Positions 44,009 to 60,287 are shown, counted from the stretch's first letter. The stretch: DNA of 64,000 nucleotides from Macrostomum lignano (GCA_002269645.1 NIVC01002144.1:97992-161991); one strand, 5' to 3'. Made by a program: numbers and translations. The notes: a model not told the origin generated them from the sequence alone.

Positions 44009-46452
44009 TGGCTTCCAGTCAATCTAGCAACAAGACGATTTGGCAATAGACAATCTGCCAACAGTCAAATTAGCAAAAGAGAATCTGGCAACAGATTTTG
44101 TATTGTAGATTTTACAGATTTTAAATACAAACAAAACTTTACATAAACAGTTTTTAATTTAACATGTAGATATTTTACTTCTATAGGATGGCCAGTATCT
44201 TTTCTAATAAAAATGGTACATTATGGCTGTACTTCTGCTATAATTTAGAGTGTCACATCAAAAATTTTATTTTAATAATGTATTTGATTATATAATATGC
44301 ATGTGGCATTTAGTAAAAATAAAGTGTCGTAGGGCTTATTTCTGTCCTCCAACTATACCACAGTTAAGCCACCAAAGTTGTACTAGGCCTTTTAGTTCTC
44401 TCTAGAAAATCTCAACTGCTAATACCAAGTTGTGCTAGGTGTGGACTGTGTGGTTCCCTTCCGATACAAAATCCCACTAATTGCCACCAGCTGTGACAGG
44501 TTTTCAATTTCCCTCTATTAAATTTATACTGCTGATACTAAATTCTGCCTTTAGTATTTCTAACTGTTTCTTAGAATTTCATTTGAATATAAGGTGGGGG
44601 TGGAGAAAAAGATTTTCTATGGCAACCTTACAAAATTAATTTGAACGATGGGGTTTCTTCAAAAATGGTCAGCGTTGTGTTCGCACAAATTAAACCGGAG
44701 ACTCGCGCAGACAAAACACAATGAAATTTCTTCTCCTTTACTACGACTGCTGGGTTCTCAAGTCCAGGGGGAGGGTAGTTATAATCGTAGTGGAGCAGTC
44801 GTAGAGCAGCACGGTCGTTCAGTTGTAGGAACTCGGGAGATTCTGTCTCCATAAATTGATGCGTCGATGTATTGAACTCGTTATTGTCAGTAGGGTAGTT
44901 GCTGCCACCACCATAATTTACGTATTATGGAACAAATAGAGTCTCAGAGCTTTCTTTGAGTTAAGACTAATTGGTTATTTTATGCCCCACGGACAAATGA
45001 CTCAAGATAAGCTATGGCAATGTCAATGGATAAATAGTAGTTATTGATTAACTTGTCGACGTTATTTATTGGTTATATTATCGGTGTTGTTAGATTATTT
45101 ATATTATCAGCAGGCGTTGAGTTATTACTTGTGCACAAGGATTCTTTCAGGCGGCAACATATAGACAATCAACCGAGCAACAAGACAAAACGAGCAGCGA
45201 GTTATAGAAAGCAGGACAAGATTAATACCAAATAAACAACTTAAACAGGAAAGGTTTTATTTGAAAATCATCGCAGCAAAACTGCAGTTTATATAAGAAA
45301 AATTATTAAACTCAATTTAGGGATGGCGGTTGGGACGGATAGCTGGGCTACAGGGTGGGCGAACATGTGGGCAGCCAGATGGACAAATTGAACACATAGC
45401 ATTGGATAGCAAAATGGCATAGATCAACAAAAGGAAAAATCGCTTCAATGGCAGGGCAACCCAAAGGGACAACAATGGGAAGCACAAGGGCAACGTTGGG
45501 AAAGTATAATGCAGCACAACTGTTGAAAAATCAAATAAAAAAAATTCCAGTAATTGGGCATCAATTTAAATGGAAAATTATTATTATTAAAGTTTAAAGT
45601 ATCAAAGTTTTGTGGCAACCCGCCTGCCACAATTATACTGGTAGTGTTTTTATGTGTTAGTCTGGTAGCGTCTTATGTATTAGTCTGGTAGCGTCTTATG
45701 TATATGGCCTGAGCGGTCCTACTGGTATATGTACTTTCTCTCTCCAGTCTGGGCATTACCGTGATTAGAGGGTCACAGCGATTACTCTTGGTATTGATAC
45801 CCTTTGCATGAATTCCTAATTCTGACTTCCAATACTTTTAGAATAAAATGAGCAATGATCTGAGAATGGTTTATTGAACACATTTTGAGCTTATAGCTAG
45901 CAAACGAGTTATTTTTCCTACCTCCAACTTCGCTCCTATTTATACCATCTTGACTGTGTATATTTATAATAAACGTAGAATATTAAGAATATTTCGCAAA
46001 TTAAAACAAAACATAGTTTTCGCGTAATTTTAGAAATAAGGTTTCCTAGAAAACAGTAACCGCTTCTACAAAAGGATGCATCAATTTAATGCAGTTTCCT
46101 ATTTTTTAAAACAATTTTATCATTATAAGAAAGAAAATAAGCTGTTGAAACCTGCACATTTCAAACTAACCTACATTTCTCCTATCCAATTATAATTTTT
46201 AATCTTTAGAACTATTTTTGCATATTCTATTAAAATAAATATTTATTATTAATATAATAGAGCCTAACAATAATAACAGTTATAAGTAATTGTAACAATT
46301 AAAGCTCTCTAATGTTTAAATGCCAATAGCCAATTTATATATATATGAATATATATTTAGCTTTTTTTACAACTTGTTATTAGATTGAATATGGCATTGT
46401 TGCTAGATTGTCTATTGCTAGATCATCCTATTGCCAGATTGACTGGATACCA
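44009..46452. mobile_element. Old non-autonomous TIR element (about 55-bp imperfect TIRs) interrupted by a solo LTR
   Basis: TGGCTTCCAGTCAATCTAGCAACAAGACGATTTGGCAATAGACAATCT at 44009 is the inverted counterpart of AGATTGTCTATTGCTAGATCATCCTATTGCCAGATTGACTGGATACCA ending at 46452; TSD unclear. Confidence 0.55.
44325..46070 (-). mobile_element. Solo LTR-like element (gypsy-type) carrying an unclassified ~1 kb insertion
   Basis: TGTCGTAG...CTTCTACA ends with 4-bp TSD AAAG. Minus-strand TATAAATA followed by AATAAA. Homologous to 47023-48404 except about 44560-45635. Confidence 0.7.
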
Positions 46453-47022
46453 TTAGGTCTTATTACTATTAGCCTATACTTAATTCTTAAATAGGCTAAT
46501 ATAACTTTTGATTCAAAGCCTTGCCTTAAGTAAAGATAGGCCCCTAAGGCCTATTCAATTAGAATGTCAAATAAATTCAATAATGGGCAATGGCAATAGT
46601 TGTTTTAGTTATTATCAGTTCTTTTAACCATTCTTTCATTTGCTAAATTATAACATAGGCCTAGTCATTTGTTTTGTTTACTATAAAATATTTATAATAT
46701 GCTGTTAGTATTAGGCCTAAGTGTTAAGGAAATATCTTTATAAACAATGCTTATTCCCATAGTTATATATTTTATATTATCTTTACACAATATTTTTTTG
46801 AATAATTGCATAGTGCACATACTTCATAGGCCTTGTATTGACCTATGCTAACTTTCCATACCATATTCAATATAAATATTTTATTTTAGAAACTTCTGTA
46901 AACACTACTTTATTTTCTATATTAGACAATTTAAATTCCCATATGTATGCTTCTTATTCAAATTGACTTGATACAAATGTCAGGAATTAAATGCTGTTTG
47001 AGCGAGTATAAATTGCAATATA

Positions 47023-48404
47023 TGTCGTAGGGCTCCGTCTCTCTATACAATTTCAACCGCTGACACCAAAGTTGTCGTAGCGGTGTTCCCGTACGACACA
47101 AAATCTTACCGCTGTAACCAAAGTTGTCGCAGGGGTAACTTCTGTCCCTACAAATGATTTCACCGCTGTCACTAAGTTGTTGCGGGGGTTATTCCTTCTT
47201 GTTAATATTGCTGATTATTACTTGCCTTTTACTCGTAGTGCATGTACTTTTATTGGTAGTGTATGTACTTCTTTTGGTAGCGTCTGTACTTCTATTGGTA
47301 GCGTCTGTACTTCTATTGGTAGCATATGTACTTTTATTGTACTTTCTGGCCTGAGCAGTCCCTTTAGGCACTGTCTACCTATTCCTATATTCCTCTAAAG
47401 ATATTATTCTCTCAGTCCTGGGCGTTCCCGGGATCAGAGGGTCACAGCCCAGGTTGCGGATGGTATGCATGTACGCCGGAACTTTTCCGGCGTACAAAAC
47501 GGCCACCCTAAGTCCTTGGCGTACACAATCGGCGTACACAACCCCTGGCGCACTTTGTTGGCGTACACTATTGGCGTACACAAGTAACACAGCCACGCAT
47601 ACTTTTTTGGCGTACAAATTTTGGTGAATAAATTCATGCCATGCATGAAAATTGTAATGTAAATTAACGTTTTTGTGTAAAGTATTAATTTTGCATCATA
47701 TTTTTTGTAAGTATAATTTAGGTTTGTTTAAATTGAAAATATTCGTAATATTTTAAAAACATTTGTCATACAAAAGCCTTTCTTAGAAAACTCTACTCGT
47801 GAAAACCAAATGACCTTTTTTTAGGAATTTTTGGTGTACATTTTAGCGCAACTTTTTGTTTTTGGCGTACACTGGCGTACAAAGTCCTAGACGCCCGAAT
47901 TTTTTCCGGCGTACACGGGTACATGATCCGCACACTGGGTCACAGCACACTTTGCTGGGTATTCTGCCCTGAGGCGGGTTTCTCAGACTCTGAGTCTGGA
48001 CTTCTCTACCCTGTGGTAGGATTTCTGCCTTTCTAAAGGCAGGTTACTAGACTTCTAAGTCTAGGATTTCTCGTTCTCTGAGAATGGACTAAGTTTCTCC
48101 CAATTTGAGGATCCTAATGCTGCTAAATAACTAAGTCAATAAGTATTAATCAAGCTTCAATTTTAGGATACTAGAACAGTTTAAGCTTTGAAGCCATGCA
48201 ATGAGGCGAGTTGCTCTCCTTCAGTTTCAGCTCGTGTATTTATACTCCTCTCTTAGTTCATTTTAAACAAATAACATTTCATAATATTTATAATATTTAC
48301 AATACTACTAATATTATACGCATTAAAACAAAAATAGTCTAATTTCAAACGTACTACTTTCTAAGAAACAGCAATCGCTAAGTGAAATATATATTTCACT
48401 ATCA
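47023..48404 (-). mobile_element. Second, diverged solo LTR-like element of the same family
   Basis: TGTCGTAGGG...CTATCA ends, 4-bp TSD TATA. Shares the ACCAAAGTTGT repeats, TGGCCTGAGC, GAGGGTCACAGC and TATTTATAC blocks with 44325-46070. Confidence 0.65.
47449..47938. mobile_element. Non-autonomous DNA transposon (hAT/P-like, 8-bp TSD), 490 bp
   Basis: TSD GTCACAGC at 47441-47448 and 47939-47946; imperfect TIRs CCAGGTTGCGGAT / ATCCGCACACTGG; many subterminal GGCGTACA motifs. The paralogous LTR shows the empty site near 45770. Confidence 0.85.
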
Positions 48405-49499
48405 TATATTTGTAATAGTGAAATAGGGATGAAAAAAAATTTTTGGCAGCCTAGTTGGCTAATACCAAATTGGAACAGTTCTAACTTTTGAATTTCTGCT
48501 GGCATTGGGTTTGAACAAATAAATCTAGAAAATCATACAGACAAATCCTAACAAAATTTTTCCTCTTTTACTCTGGCTGCCAGGGTCCTTAATTCTGGGA
48601 GGAAGGTAGTTGTAATTATAGACAAGTGGTCTTTGTTAGGCTCAGTCATTCAGAGCAGGTCCTTAGACACCAAAATTAATGTGCATTGAAATGCTTAGCT
48701 GATTATTATCAGTAGTGTAGCACTGCCACCATTGTAATTTATGTATTACAGAACAATGATATCAAAGCTTTCTTTAAGATAAGAACTTGGTTGTTTTATG
48801 CCCCACAGGCAAATGACTCAAGATAGGCTATGGCTTCATTTAATTAATAAGTTTAGTTGAAGGTTATTAAAATTTATTAAGAGCAAAACTTAAAATATTA
48901 ACTAAATTAAGCAAAGGTGACTTATTATTATGATGGTGATTGGTGACTCTACTAGTAGACAATAACCTGCAGCACCACATGCGCACTCATAAGTGTTAAT
49001 TTGAAATCAAGTGCAAGCTAACAGGCTCAAGTCAAACTAAAAGGATTTCTAAGAGTTAAAGTAGTAAAACCAATTAAATTGTTCAGCAGAAAGAAGAAGA
49101 AAAAGGAAGGTAGACAGGATAGGAAGGCATAAAATTGAGCAACGCTAGTAAGCACCATTAAATAAAAGTTAGAGAGCAGAAAGTGGACAAAGGAGGACAA
49201 AGCATGGATGCCAAAAACCAAAACACGGAAACAAAATTTTACTGTAGAAAAACAAAGGAAAGGAAAAAAATAACTAGACAGAAGACATACAAAACCAGGA
49301 AAATGAGCAAGGAGGCCAAGCCTAGGAACCAAGAATATGACAAAATTTCGTCGAAGGAAGCACCTTATGATGGACAGATTGGGCCAACCTGGGTAATAGA
49401 AAAAGAGGGGAAGATCACATGGGTCATTCTGAAATTATTAATAGTAAATTGAAAATAAGAAAATTAAATTGTTAGTGATAGTCCCCACTACCACAGGCT

Positions 49500-51185
49500 T
49501 GGGGAAGCCGTACTGATGAAAAGAAAATGGATCTCTTGGTCCTCAATGGTATCCTTGTTGCTGGGCTGGGGCTTGGCCTCCTTGGTTAGCTAGCTGAGTG
49601 CCGCAGGTTGGACCATTGTCCATGGCAGTCAAGCCAGCTGTTGGCAGGGCTGATGTTGACTACGCTTTGGCCTTGGCTGAGCTAGCAATCTAGGCACACT
49701 CACAGAGCTGCTCTAGCAAGTGCACAAACTGGCAGGTGATCAAGTGGTCAATAGTCACAGCAAGCAGGGTGCAGCATAGCCAAAGCTGCTGGCCTTTGGT
49801 CTTAGAGCCAAGTTGGGCTGCAGTTGAGACGGCTGCTATCTCAATGGCTAAATCCACTGCTGCCAGGTTGTACTGCTGGGCCAGCTGCGACCAGTTTTTG
49901 CAGTTGCTAGATGTCAGCAACTGATGCCAGCCTCTCCTTTACTTCTAGCAACAATAGCTTGGCAAGCTAAAAGGCAATCTCCTCCAGTTCACTTGTTGGG
50001 GCGCCAAGGGGCTCCGTCAGGAAGCTGCCAGCATATCGGAGCTAGACCTGCTAGTCCATTTTGCAGGCAATGGAGGCAGTGTGAGGTGGTGGTTGGGCTC
50101 TAGCAGTTGTATAGAGTCCGGCTCAGGGGCCAGCAAGAAGGTGTGCGACATGGTCCATGAGGCCATTGAGCCAAGGGCCAGGTATATACAGAGCCTCCAA
50201 GGACTCGGGATAGCCATTGGCTAGGCCTATTGCGTCTAGCAGGACCAGGTTGGGTGATTCGCAGCCTCTACCCACTATCACTCTATCAGGTTGTTGTCTT
50301 CAACTGGTTGCTGCATAGTGATGTTGCTTGGGCAAGCAGTCGCAGCAATAGCAGATAAGCAAAAAGGACCAATGTACAAAGGGATTTATAAACAATTGGG
50401 GCTTAGTAGACAATGAATGCAATATAGATTAATTACACAGCTTGTCACATAGAAGTTAAATCAGAGTTAACAAATTCACAATCTGCGCTGTGTCCTTTTT
50501 GCCAATATCGTTGAGATGAATGACTAGTGGCCCATTGTCTTGGATTTCTAATTGCTCATAAAATGCTAATAAATTCCCTTTGTCTCTTGTCAAGTAGGTT
50601 GATCACCATAGCAATGGCAGAGTCAGCACACAGATGGGTCTGGAGCTCCTCGCAGGTGACTGGCCTTGGGATATGATCTGTTAGATTCAGAGTTCAGCGT
50701 CTGTCAGTAGGATTTGTTGGTGCATTTTTGGCTGTTGTGGCATGGTTTGGGGTCTGGAGCTCCCTCTGCATGATTGCTACTCAGGCCAGTTGCCAGGTTG
50801 TTGTCTGAAGGTTGTTCCTCCTCAATAGCTTCGGTGTCACTGTCATTAGGTTTAGATTTGTCAGCAGATGATTATGATGATGAGGCATCTGAGCTGTCAG
50901 CATTGCTGCTGAACCTCACTTTCTTCTTGAACTTAGGGCAGCGAGTGGGTTGGCAGCAGTTATCTCTGGCTGCACTGTGGTTGCTGTCTGTGTCACATTC
51001 AGCTAGTAGTCGGCAGCTCCTAGTATGAACCACTTTTCATTGGTTTGGGATATTAGATTCTAGGCTCAATTTTTGGGGCAAACTAGGGGAGCTGAGGAGA
51101 AAAAGCAAGAGAGGGAAAGGAAGGCCAGCAAGCTTAGGGAGCAGGCAGAAAAAGGGAGGCAAGGCTAAGCTTCATTCACACCAAA
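49500..51185 (-). mobile_element. Heavily decayed retroelement-like internal region
   Basis: GC-richer block with ORF remnants broken by TAG/TGA. A PBS-like arrangement (minus ...AACA-TT-TGGTG) lies at 51188-51179. No recognisable domain. Confidence 0.35.
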
Positions 51186-52017
51186 TGTTGAAATATATAT
51201 TATTTCTATAATGCATTTGATTGGTGTTTGTTATACGCAATAGGATCTTTATTGCTACACAAGCATGTATTATACTTTCCTGATAAAAAAACCGTCTAAA
51301 ATTGCATTAGGCTAAAATAGCATTCAGGCATAACATGCTTGCCTTAAATTAAGATCATTTTTTTGGAATCAAGAATATTCTGCCAAGCACGTTATAAATA
51401 TATGCCAAGCACTCAGCCAATAACTAAGTGTCCTTTTGGTTCGTTTTCTTACTTATTCCTCTTAGCCAAATATCTTTAAACAAACAGCTACTTTCATGCC
51501 TCGTTTATTTAAATTGCATCCTAGAGCCTAGGCCTAATAAGTAAATAAATATTTAGACTTGTAATTCCATACAATATATAATTCTTGACTATCATAGTGT
51601 CATATCATCTACTTATAATCATCTTAATGTATGGCCATGTGGATACTAATTCAAGTAAAAAAATTAGATAATTTTTGCTCTCTTTTAGCTTTCTTTCTTG
51701 TTCATTGTTGTATATGAAAGGGCCTGTCAGCTGAAGCTCATAGAGTGAAGCCCCAGTAACCTATGTACACTAATCGTACACCATTCTACTCAGTGACACC
51801 ATTAAGCTGGATTTGGCAAAATGTTACAAAAATTAGACCTGGGATATGAGAGAACAAGCAAGCCGACAATTAGGGACTCCACCTTATGAGCTTAAGTTTA
51901 CATAATAGTCCCTAATTATCCTCTTGCTTGATTTGTGCATTTAGCAGACATCTGCTGCTTTTCAAAATTGGCACCTTTACTTTTAACAAAAAACCCTATG
52001 ATACCTACTGTAAGTAG

Positions 52018-54762
<2,745 letters not shown>

Positions 54763-54864
54763 TGAGACTAATGCTCCGGTTCTGCTGGATTTTCCTGTGT
54801 TTGACTCCTGTTGTTTAGCGAATTTTCAATCGCCTATTTATTTCTTTTTAATTACCTATTGTCA

Positions 54865-55330
54865 CCTGATCCCTAGCCTCTCAGCTCCTTCATCAATCAA
54901 TTCCCAGCATCTCATCATCAGATCTCCAGCCTCCTCACCTGCCTCATCAGATCCCAGTCTCCGTCTCCTTTATTAAATCGCAGCCTCACAGCCTCCCATC
55001 TCCATCATCAGATCTCCAGTCTCCAATCTCCCTCATCAGATCTCCAGCCTCCAATCTCCCTCATCAGATCTCAGCCTCCCGTCTCCATTAAATCAGATCC
55101 CCAGCCTCCCAGCCTCCCATCCCCTCATGAGATCCCAGCCTTCCATCTCCTCCATCAGATCGCAGCCTCCCATCTCCTCCATCAGATCGCAGCCTCCCAT
55201 CCCGTCATCAGATCCCAGCCTCCCATCCCCTCAGCAGATCCCAGCTTCCCATCTGCCTCATCAGATCTCAGCCTCCCATCTTCCTCATCAGATCCCAGCC
55301 TCCCATCTTCCTCATCAGATCCCTAGCCTC
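54865..55330. repeat. Degenerate minisatellite (CATCAGATCCCAGCCTCCCATCT) in the RBBP4 3' region
   Basis: About 17 degenerate copies, followed by AATAAA near 55332. Confidence 0.85.
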
Positions 55331-56658
55331 CAATAAAAATTAAATTCGTAATTGCACCTGCAATTATTTATTTCATTGCTGCATGCTCCTGTCACTTATT
55401 ATCTGACTGTCTCGTTAATTGTTGTCTAATTTTTAACGACTCTTTGCTACAAATACTACTTGTATGCGCATGAGTAGCCACTGTTTTCAATTGCAGCCGT
55501 CTTTTTTATTTATTAATTTACAAACTAGCAAGTCTCGCACTCAGTTAGGCGTATCAAATGCTTTATTGTGTCTGTGCATTTGTTTATCTGGCTCGCGTCC
55601 CACCCTGGCCCGTTGATGTATTTAAATTCAATAAAATTTGTTTTTATTTTCAATTGACTCTACTGTAAGTAGCAATATGCTAATCTAGTGTGTTTTTTAT
55701 TCGATATCTGAAACACTGGGTCGTGTTAAGCTTCAATGTCATCTTGTATTGGCCTGCAGTGCTCCCGGTTTTGTGCTGAATCCAAATTAGCTTTGTTTTT
55801 AATATGCAAATGCCATCAGCAACTTCAATGTATTTCTGTTCCTTAACTGAAACTATTGCAAATTAATTTATTAATAATGATGATGATTTATAAATTCGAC
55901 TTGGGTGCCGATTATTCTCGCATTCGGGAGTGTTGAAATTTAAGTAATACTCAATTCGTTTGTTTGGGTTTATGACATGTAAGATTTTTTATAACTTGAA
56001 GTTTGTTGGATTGCTCATCGCCCTCATACCTATTCTGTCCGCTATTGGTCATCGCCCTCACCTCTTCTGTCCGCTGTTGGTCATCGGTCATCGAGTCCTG
56101 ATGACACACTGAGTCCTCATTGTCGTTTGAACGAAGCTGTCGGAAGCGTTTATTCAAGCATAGAAAATTATAACATAAGTGGGAGGCTGAGAACGAAAGC
56201 TTAAGAACGTAAAGCTGGTTGCTACCATATACATAAAAAGGATATGATTGCGTAATGTGCAACAACGCTAGCTCTAGCTAGCAGCCACTACCACATGTCC
56301 CCATCTGCAACGGAAGACGATGAATAACGACGTCCACAAGACAGTCAAACAAACAAACTTTAAGAACTAGCTAGTAAACTTCGCAAAATCAGTGAAATAA
56401 CGCGATCACGGTTTACTTAGTCTGAGCCTACGGCACAAGGCGATTTGGGCGATTCCTCACCCTAGTGCTTCTTCTTGTCGGAGCGATCTCTGGGGGAATC
56501 TCAGGTATATTAGTTTGTGGTTGTTGGTGAACTTCTCTTCTTCCTCATCAGCTTCAGAGGCAGGAGCCAGCGGGCCAAATTGATTTTTTGAAGCCAGGTG
56601 TAGTTTGGCGCCCGTGAGTAGTAGCCAGGAGGTGTTGCGCCCTTGCTACATCAGGAAC

Positions 56659-59200
56659 TCAGCTCGAGAGCTGGTGGTGTCGCCGTTGGCCTTGAACTGC
56701 ACCGGGTCGCCCTGCTGGAAGGTGAAGACCACCGGAACCCGAAGTCGCCGTCCTAGCACGAGCTCGGCAGGGGTTCGTCCGCGTGAAGTTGAAGAACTGC
56801 GATGATGTAGCAGAGCTCTGCAAAAAAGCAATAAAGCTGCCATGTGTTAGACGCTGGGTCCATGCCTGCAAGGCCTTCTTGATAGTCTGGACGGCTCGCT
56901 CAGCTGCACCATTAGATTGAGGGGAATATGGAGGGCTCTCCATCTTACGAGCACCGTTCTTTTCCAACCAGGCCAATAGTGGAGCTGAGGTGAACTCCGC
57001 TGCGTTGTCCGAAACAACCAGCTCCGGAACCCCAAAGCGAGTAAAAACCGTTCGCAGCGAGTTGATGACACTGTCTGCTGATCTGTCCTTTGTGGGGGAA
57101 GCTTCTATCCAGCCCGAGTACGCATCAACCACGATGAGAATGTTGCCAACGGCTGGTACAAAAGCCCAGTCCATGTGCACTCTTTGAAATGGAGCGGTGG
57201 CAGGTAGCCAAGTGTCCTGAGTTTTTTGTAGACGAGGTCTTAACTGAGTGCATGCCTGGCATTGATGAACGAATTGCTCCACGTCCCTCTGCATACCGGG
57301 CCACCAACAGGTCTGTGCAAGCAACTTGTGCGCTGCGTTGGAACCCGTATGAGTGTCATGCACTTGTGTCGAAGGCCTCTCGTCTGAGCCTTGGTGGAAT
57401 GAATGCTCGGCGGCACATGTAGATCAGGCCATTCTCTAGGGTCAGGCATTCCGCGACTTTCTTAAAGGCTGCCTCTGCTTGTGTGCAGTCGCGCCAGTCA
57501 CCAGACCGAATGCGGCGAACTATTTGTTGAAGGAGTCTGTCTGACTCAATTTCGGATATTATTCTGTGTGGATCGATGGCTGGGGATTCAAAGGCAACGC
57601 AGTTTATCTCCCAAAAGCTACTGCTAGGCTCAAGACCCGCGTTTTCGAACCGGAGTCGGGAGAGCGCGTCGAAATCATGGAGGAAAGAATAGAATGGAGT
57701 GCTAATCTGAGCCAGTTATTTTTATCTCGCTCGATCTTAACTTTTAACATCCCTTTCCCCCCCCCGTTCTTTCCTATTGGCTCGTGACTGCCATAGACAA
57801 AGTATTTTTCGTCTCGTTTTCGTTTTCGTTCCCCTCTGAAAGGTCTGTCCCAGCATAGTATGAGCTCGCATCAAAATATGCTTTCAGCCAATAGGAAGGA
57901 ACGGGGGGAAAGGGATGTTAAAAGCGAAAATCGAGCGAGATAAAAATAACTGGCTTAGATTAGCACTCCATTCTATTCTTTCCTCCATGGTCGACATGCG
58001 GAATTTTTGTCCCTTGTACGTATTCCAGAGTGAAGTCGAATTGCATTAGAAACAGCGCCCATCGGCTGATTCTGGAAGAGGTTCGCAATGGAATGCTGCC
58101 ACCAAAGAGGCGAAGCAACGGTTGGTGATCAGTCCGAATGGTGAATTTTCGGCCTTGCAGATAGTGTGTCAGCCTATGGATTGCCCAGAAAATCGCCAGG
58201 CCCTCTCGTTCGATGTTTGAGTAGTTAGCTTCTGCGGATGAGAGAGTCCTGGAGATGTAAATCACGGGGTGCCCGTCCTGGGTCAAAACAGCCGCAAGCG
58301 CACCTTTTGAGGCGTCAGTGGTTAGAGTGGCCTCTTTTCCAGGTTGTATGGCTGCACCATAGGCCTGGATGAGATTTCTCGCTTGAGCCCCTCAAATGCG
58401 TGAACGCACTCGTCGGACCAGACGAAGGGCGAGTTTCCCTTCCGAAGGTCATTCAATGGAGCGACTTTGGCGGAAAAATTAGGTATCAGACGGCCAAAAA
58501 AATTTACTAGGCCAAGGAACTGCTCAACTTCCTTCTTGGAGCTGGGAGCGGCGATATGACGGATCTTGTCAACTAGACGGTCATCAGGCTGAATTCCAGA
58601 TGCGGAGATTTTGAATCCAAGAAAGGAAATTTCATCGCACATATTAATAGATTTGCTTTCGTTGATGGTCACTTTCTTCTCTGCGAGCCTGGTTTTGACC
58701 GCCTTCAGCCGCTTGCTTACCTAGTGCTTCGGAATGCTCTGCAAAGACTAGGACATCATCTTGGTAGACAAGGATGCCTTTGAGGTCAGATAGAATATTC
58801 TCCATGGCCCTTTAAAAAATAAAAGAGGCATTTTTCATGCCCATTTGTAGGCGTTTGACACGGTAGAGGCCGCGTGAGGTGTTGATCACTGATAGTTCTT
58901 CCGCAGATTCATCGAGAGCTATTTGCCAATAGGCAGAGCGCAAGTCTATTTTCGCAAACTTTTTTGCGTTTTGAGCTTGGCGAATAGGTGCTCAATTGAG
59001 GGGATTGGATAGGACTCCGACTTGATTTTCCCATTGACGTGCATTTTGTAGTCGGCACACATGCGCAGCGAGCCATCTTTCTTCTTAACCCAAACAACAG
59101 GCGATGCGTTGCTTACCGGGCCCTCAATTGGCTCGAGCTCTCTAGCTCGGCATTAACTTGTGGCTCCAGCGCAAGTGGAACTGGACGAGCGCGGCAGAAC
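56659..59200 (-). pseudogene. pol: Gypsy pol fragments (RT, RNase H, integrase)
   Basis: RT VYQDDVLV (about 58760-58780) and FLGLVNFF; RNase H TDAS...YSNIEREGLAI...TDHQPL; integrase H-T-G...CQAC, RVHMDWA, VSDNAAEF, SNGAAERAVQ. Multiple stops and frameshifts. Confidence 0.92.
57673..57989. mobile_element. MITE with ~105-bp TIRs inserted into gypsy pol
   Basis: CATGGAGGAAAGAATAGAATGGAGTGCTAATCT... inverted at both ends; GTCGA flanks both sides. It splits the pol motif IPHVD|ALSR. Confidence 0.88.
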
Positions 59201-59333
59201 TGTGGTCTGGCACCTTCAATCAGTTCCATGCTCGCTTTGATGCCCTTGATGGTCGGCAGTGGTTCATTGGCAGGTGCCGCTGTGGCAGTGGTGGCTGCGT
59301 GGAATACGGCGTCGCCATCTAGAAGATCGCGTC

Positions 59334-60287
59334 CTAGCAGGCCGAATGTCTTTGAATATATGAAACCACCATCAGCTCAGCTGGATGAATTCGACCGCGC
59401 ATCTCGACGGTTGTAGACAGTTTTCCCAATGTCTTTAGGATGTGGCCATCATACGCCTCGAGTCGCCGATGATACTTGTCCAATTTGAGGCATTGCAGCG
59501 ATTCCCAGAGGTGGCTAGAAAACACTGAAACTGAAGCTCCGGTGTCGATCTGCATCGGAATAGCGACACCGTTGATCAGCACAGTTTCTGTCGTTACCGA
59601 AACAGCATGGATGAGATCTACGTCTGTCAGATGGAGTACATCAGAGGCGTCGGAGTCCGAGGTTACAAGTTTTGTGTCCATATGGTTGACCTGTCTGACG
59701 CCACTGGAGCGGCACACGGATCCAAAGTGGTTGCGCTTGTTGCATTTGTTGCATGTCTTTCCGTAAGCCGGGCATTTGCCAGCTGGATGAGATCGGCCAC
59801 AAAACTTGCAGTCGCCTATGTGCCGTTCATGGGACACGCTACCGCCTCGATGCTGCCGAGCTCCCTTCCCTGTGAAGTTGATGGAGTGTCCTTCTTGGGT
59901 AGGCTCTGTGTCAGCGTTTCGAAGATCCTTGCTGTCTACGAACATCGTCACTTGTTCGATAGTCCTGACTATATCCACGATTTTGGCGATCTTCAAGTCT
60001 TTCGTTTGCATGGCTCCCAGAATGCGTCGTTGATCTTCTGGGTTCTGCAGGCCAGAGATGAGCATCAGACGTACTATTTCCTCTTCCGGTCTGGTGCAGG
60101 TTTTTAGAGCATCGAACTCGCAGTGCGTGGCCCCCTTCCTCAAGCGAGAAAGGAACTCCGTAATGGGCTCATCGGCAGCTTGACGTAGCGTGAAGAATTT
60201 AGTTCTCTCAGCAACGGCAAGGTGCTTTTGGGGTTGCAGAAAGTTCGTAATGGCAGTCTCCAGCTCCGCAAAGGTGTGTGCTTCCAC
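59334..60287 (-). pseudogene. gag: Gypsy gag-protease fragment
   Basis: Zinc knuckles CKFCGRSH...C and CNKCNKRNHFGSVC; protease motif QIDTGAS. The N-terminus and the downstream pol are in other frames. Confidence 0.9.

Noticed and set aside
49027-49452. Hydrophobic 101-aa minus ORF and Lys-rich 89-aa plus ORF
   Set aside because: Products of an A-rich/T-rich biased tract; no motif or splice support.
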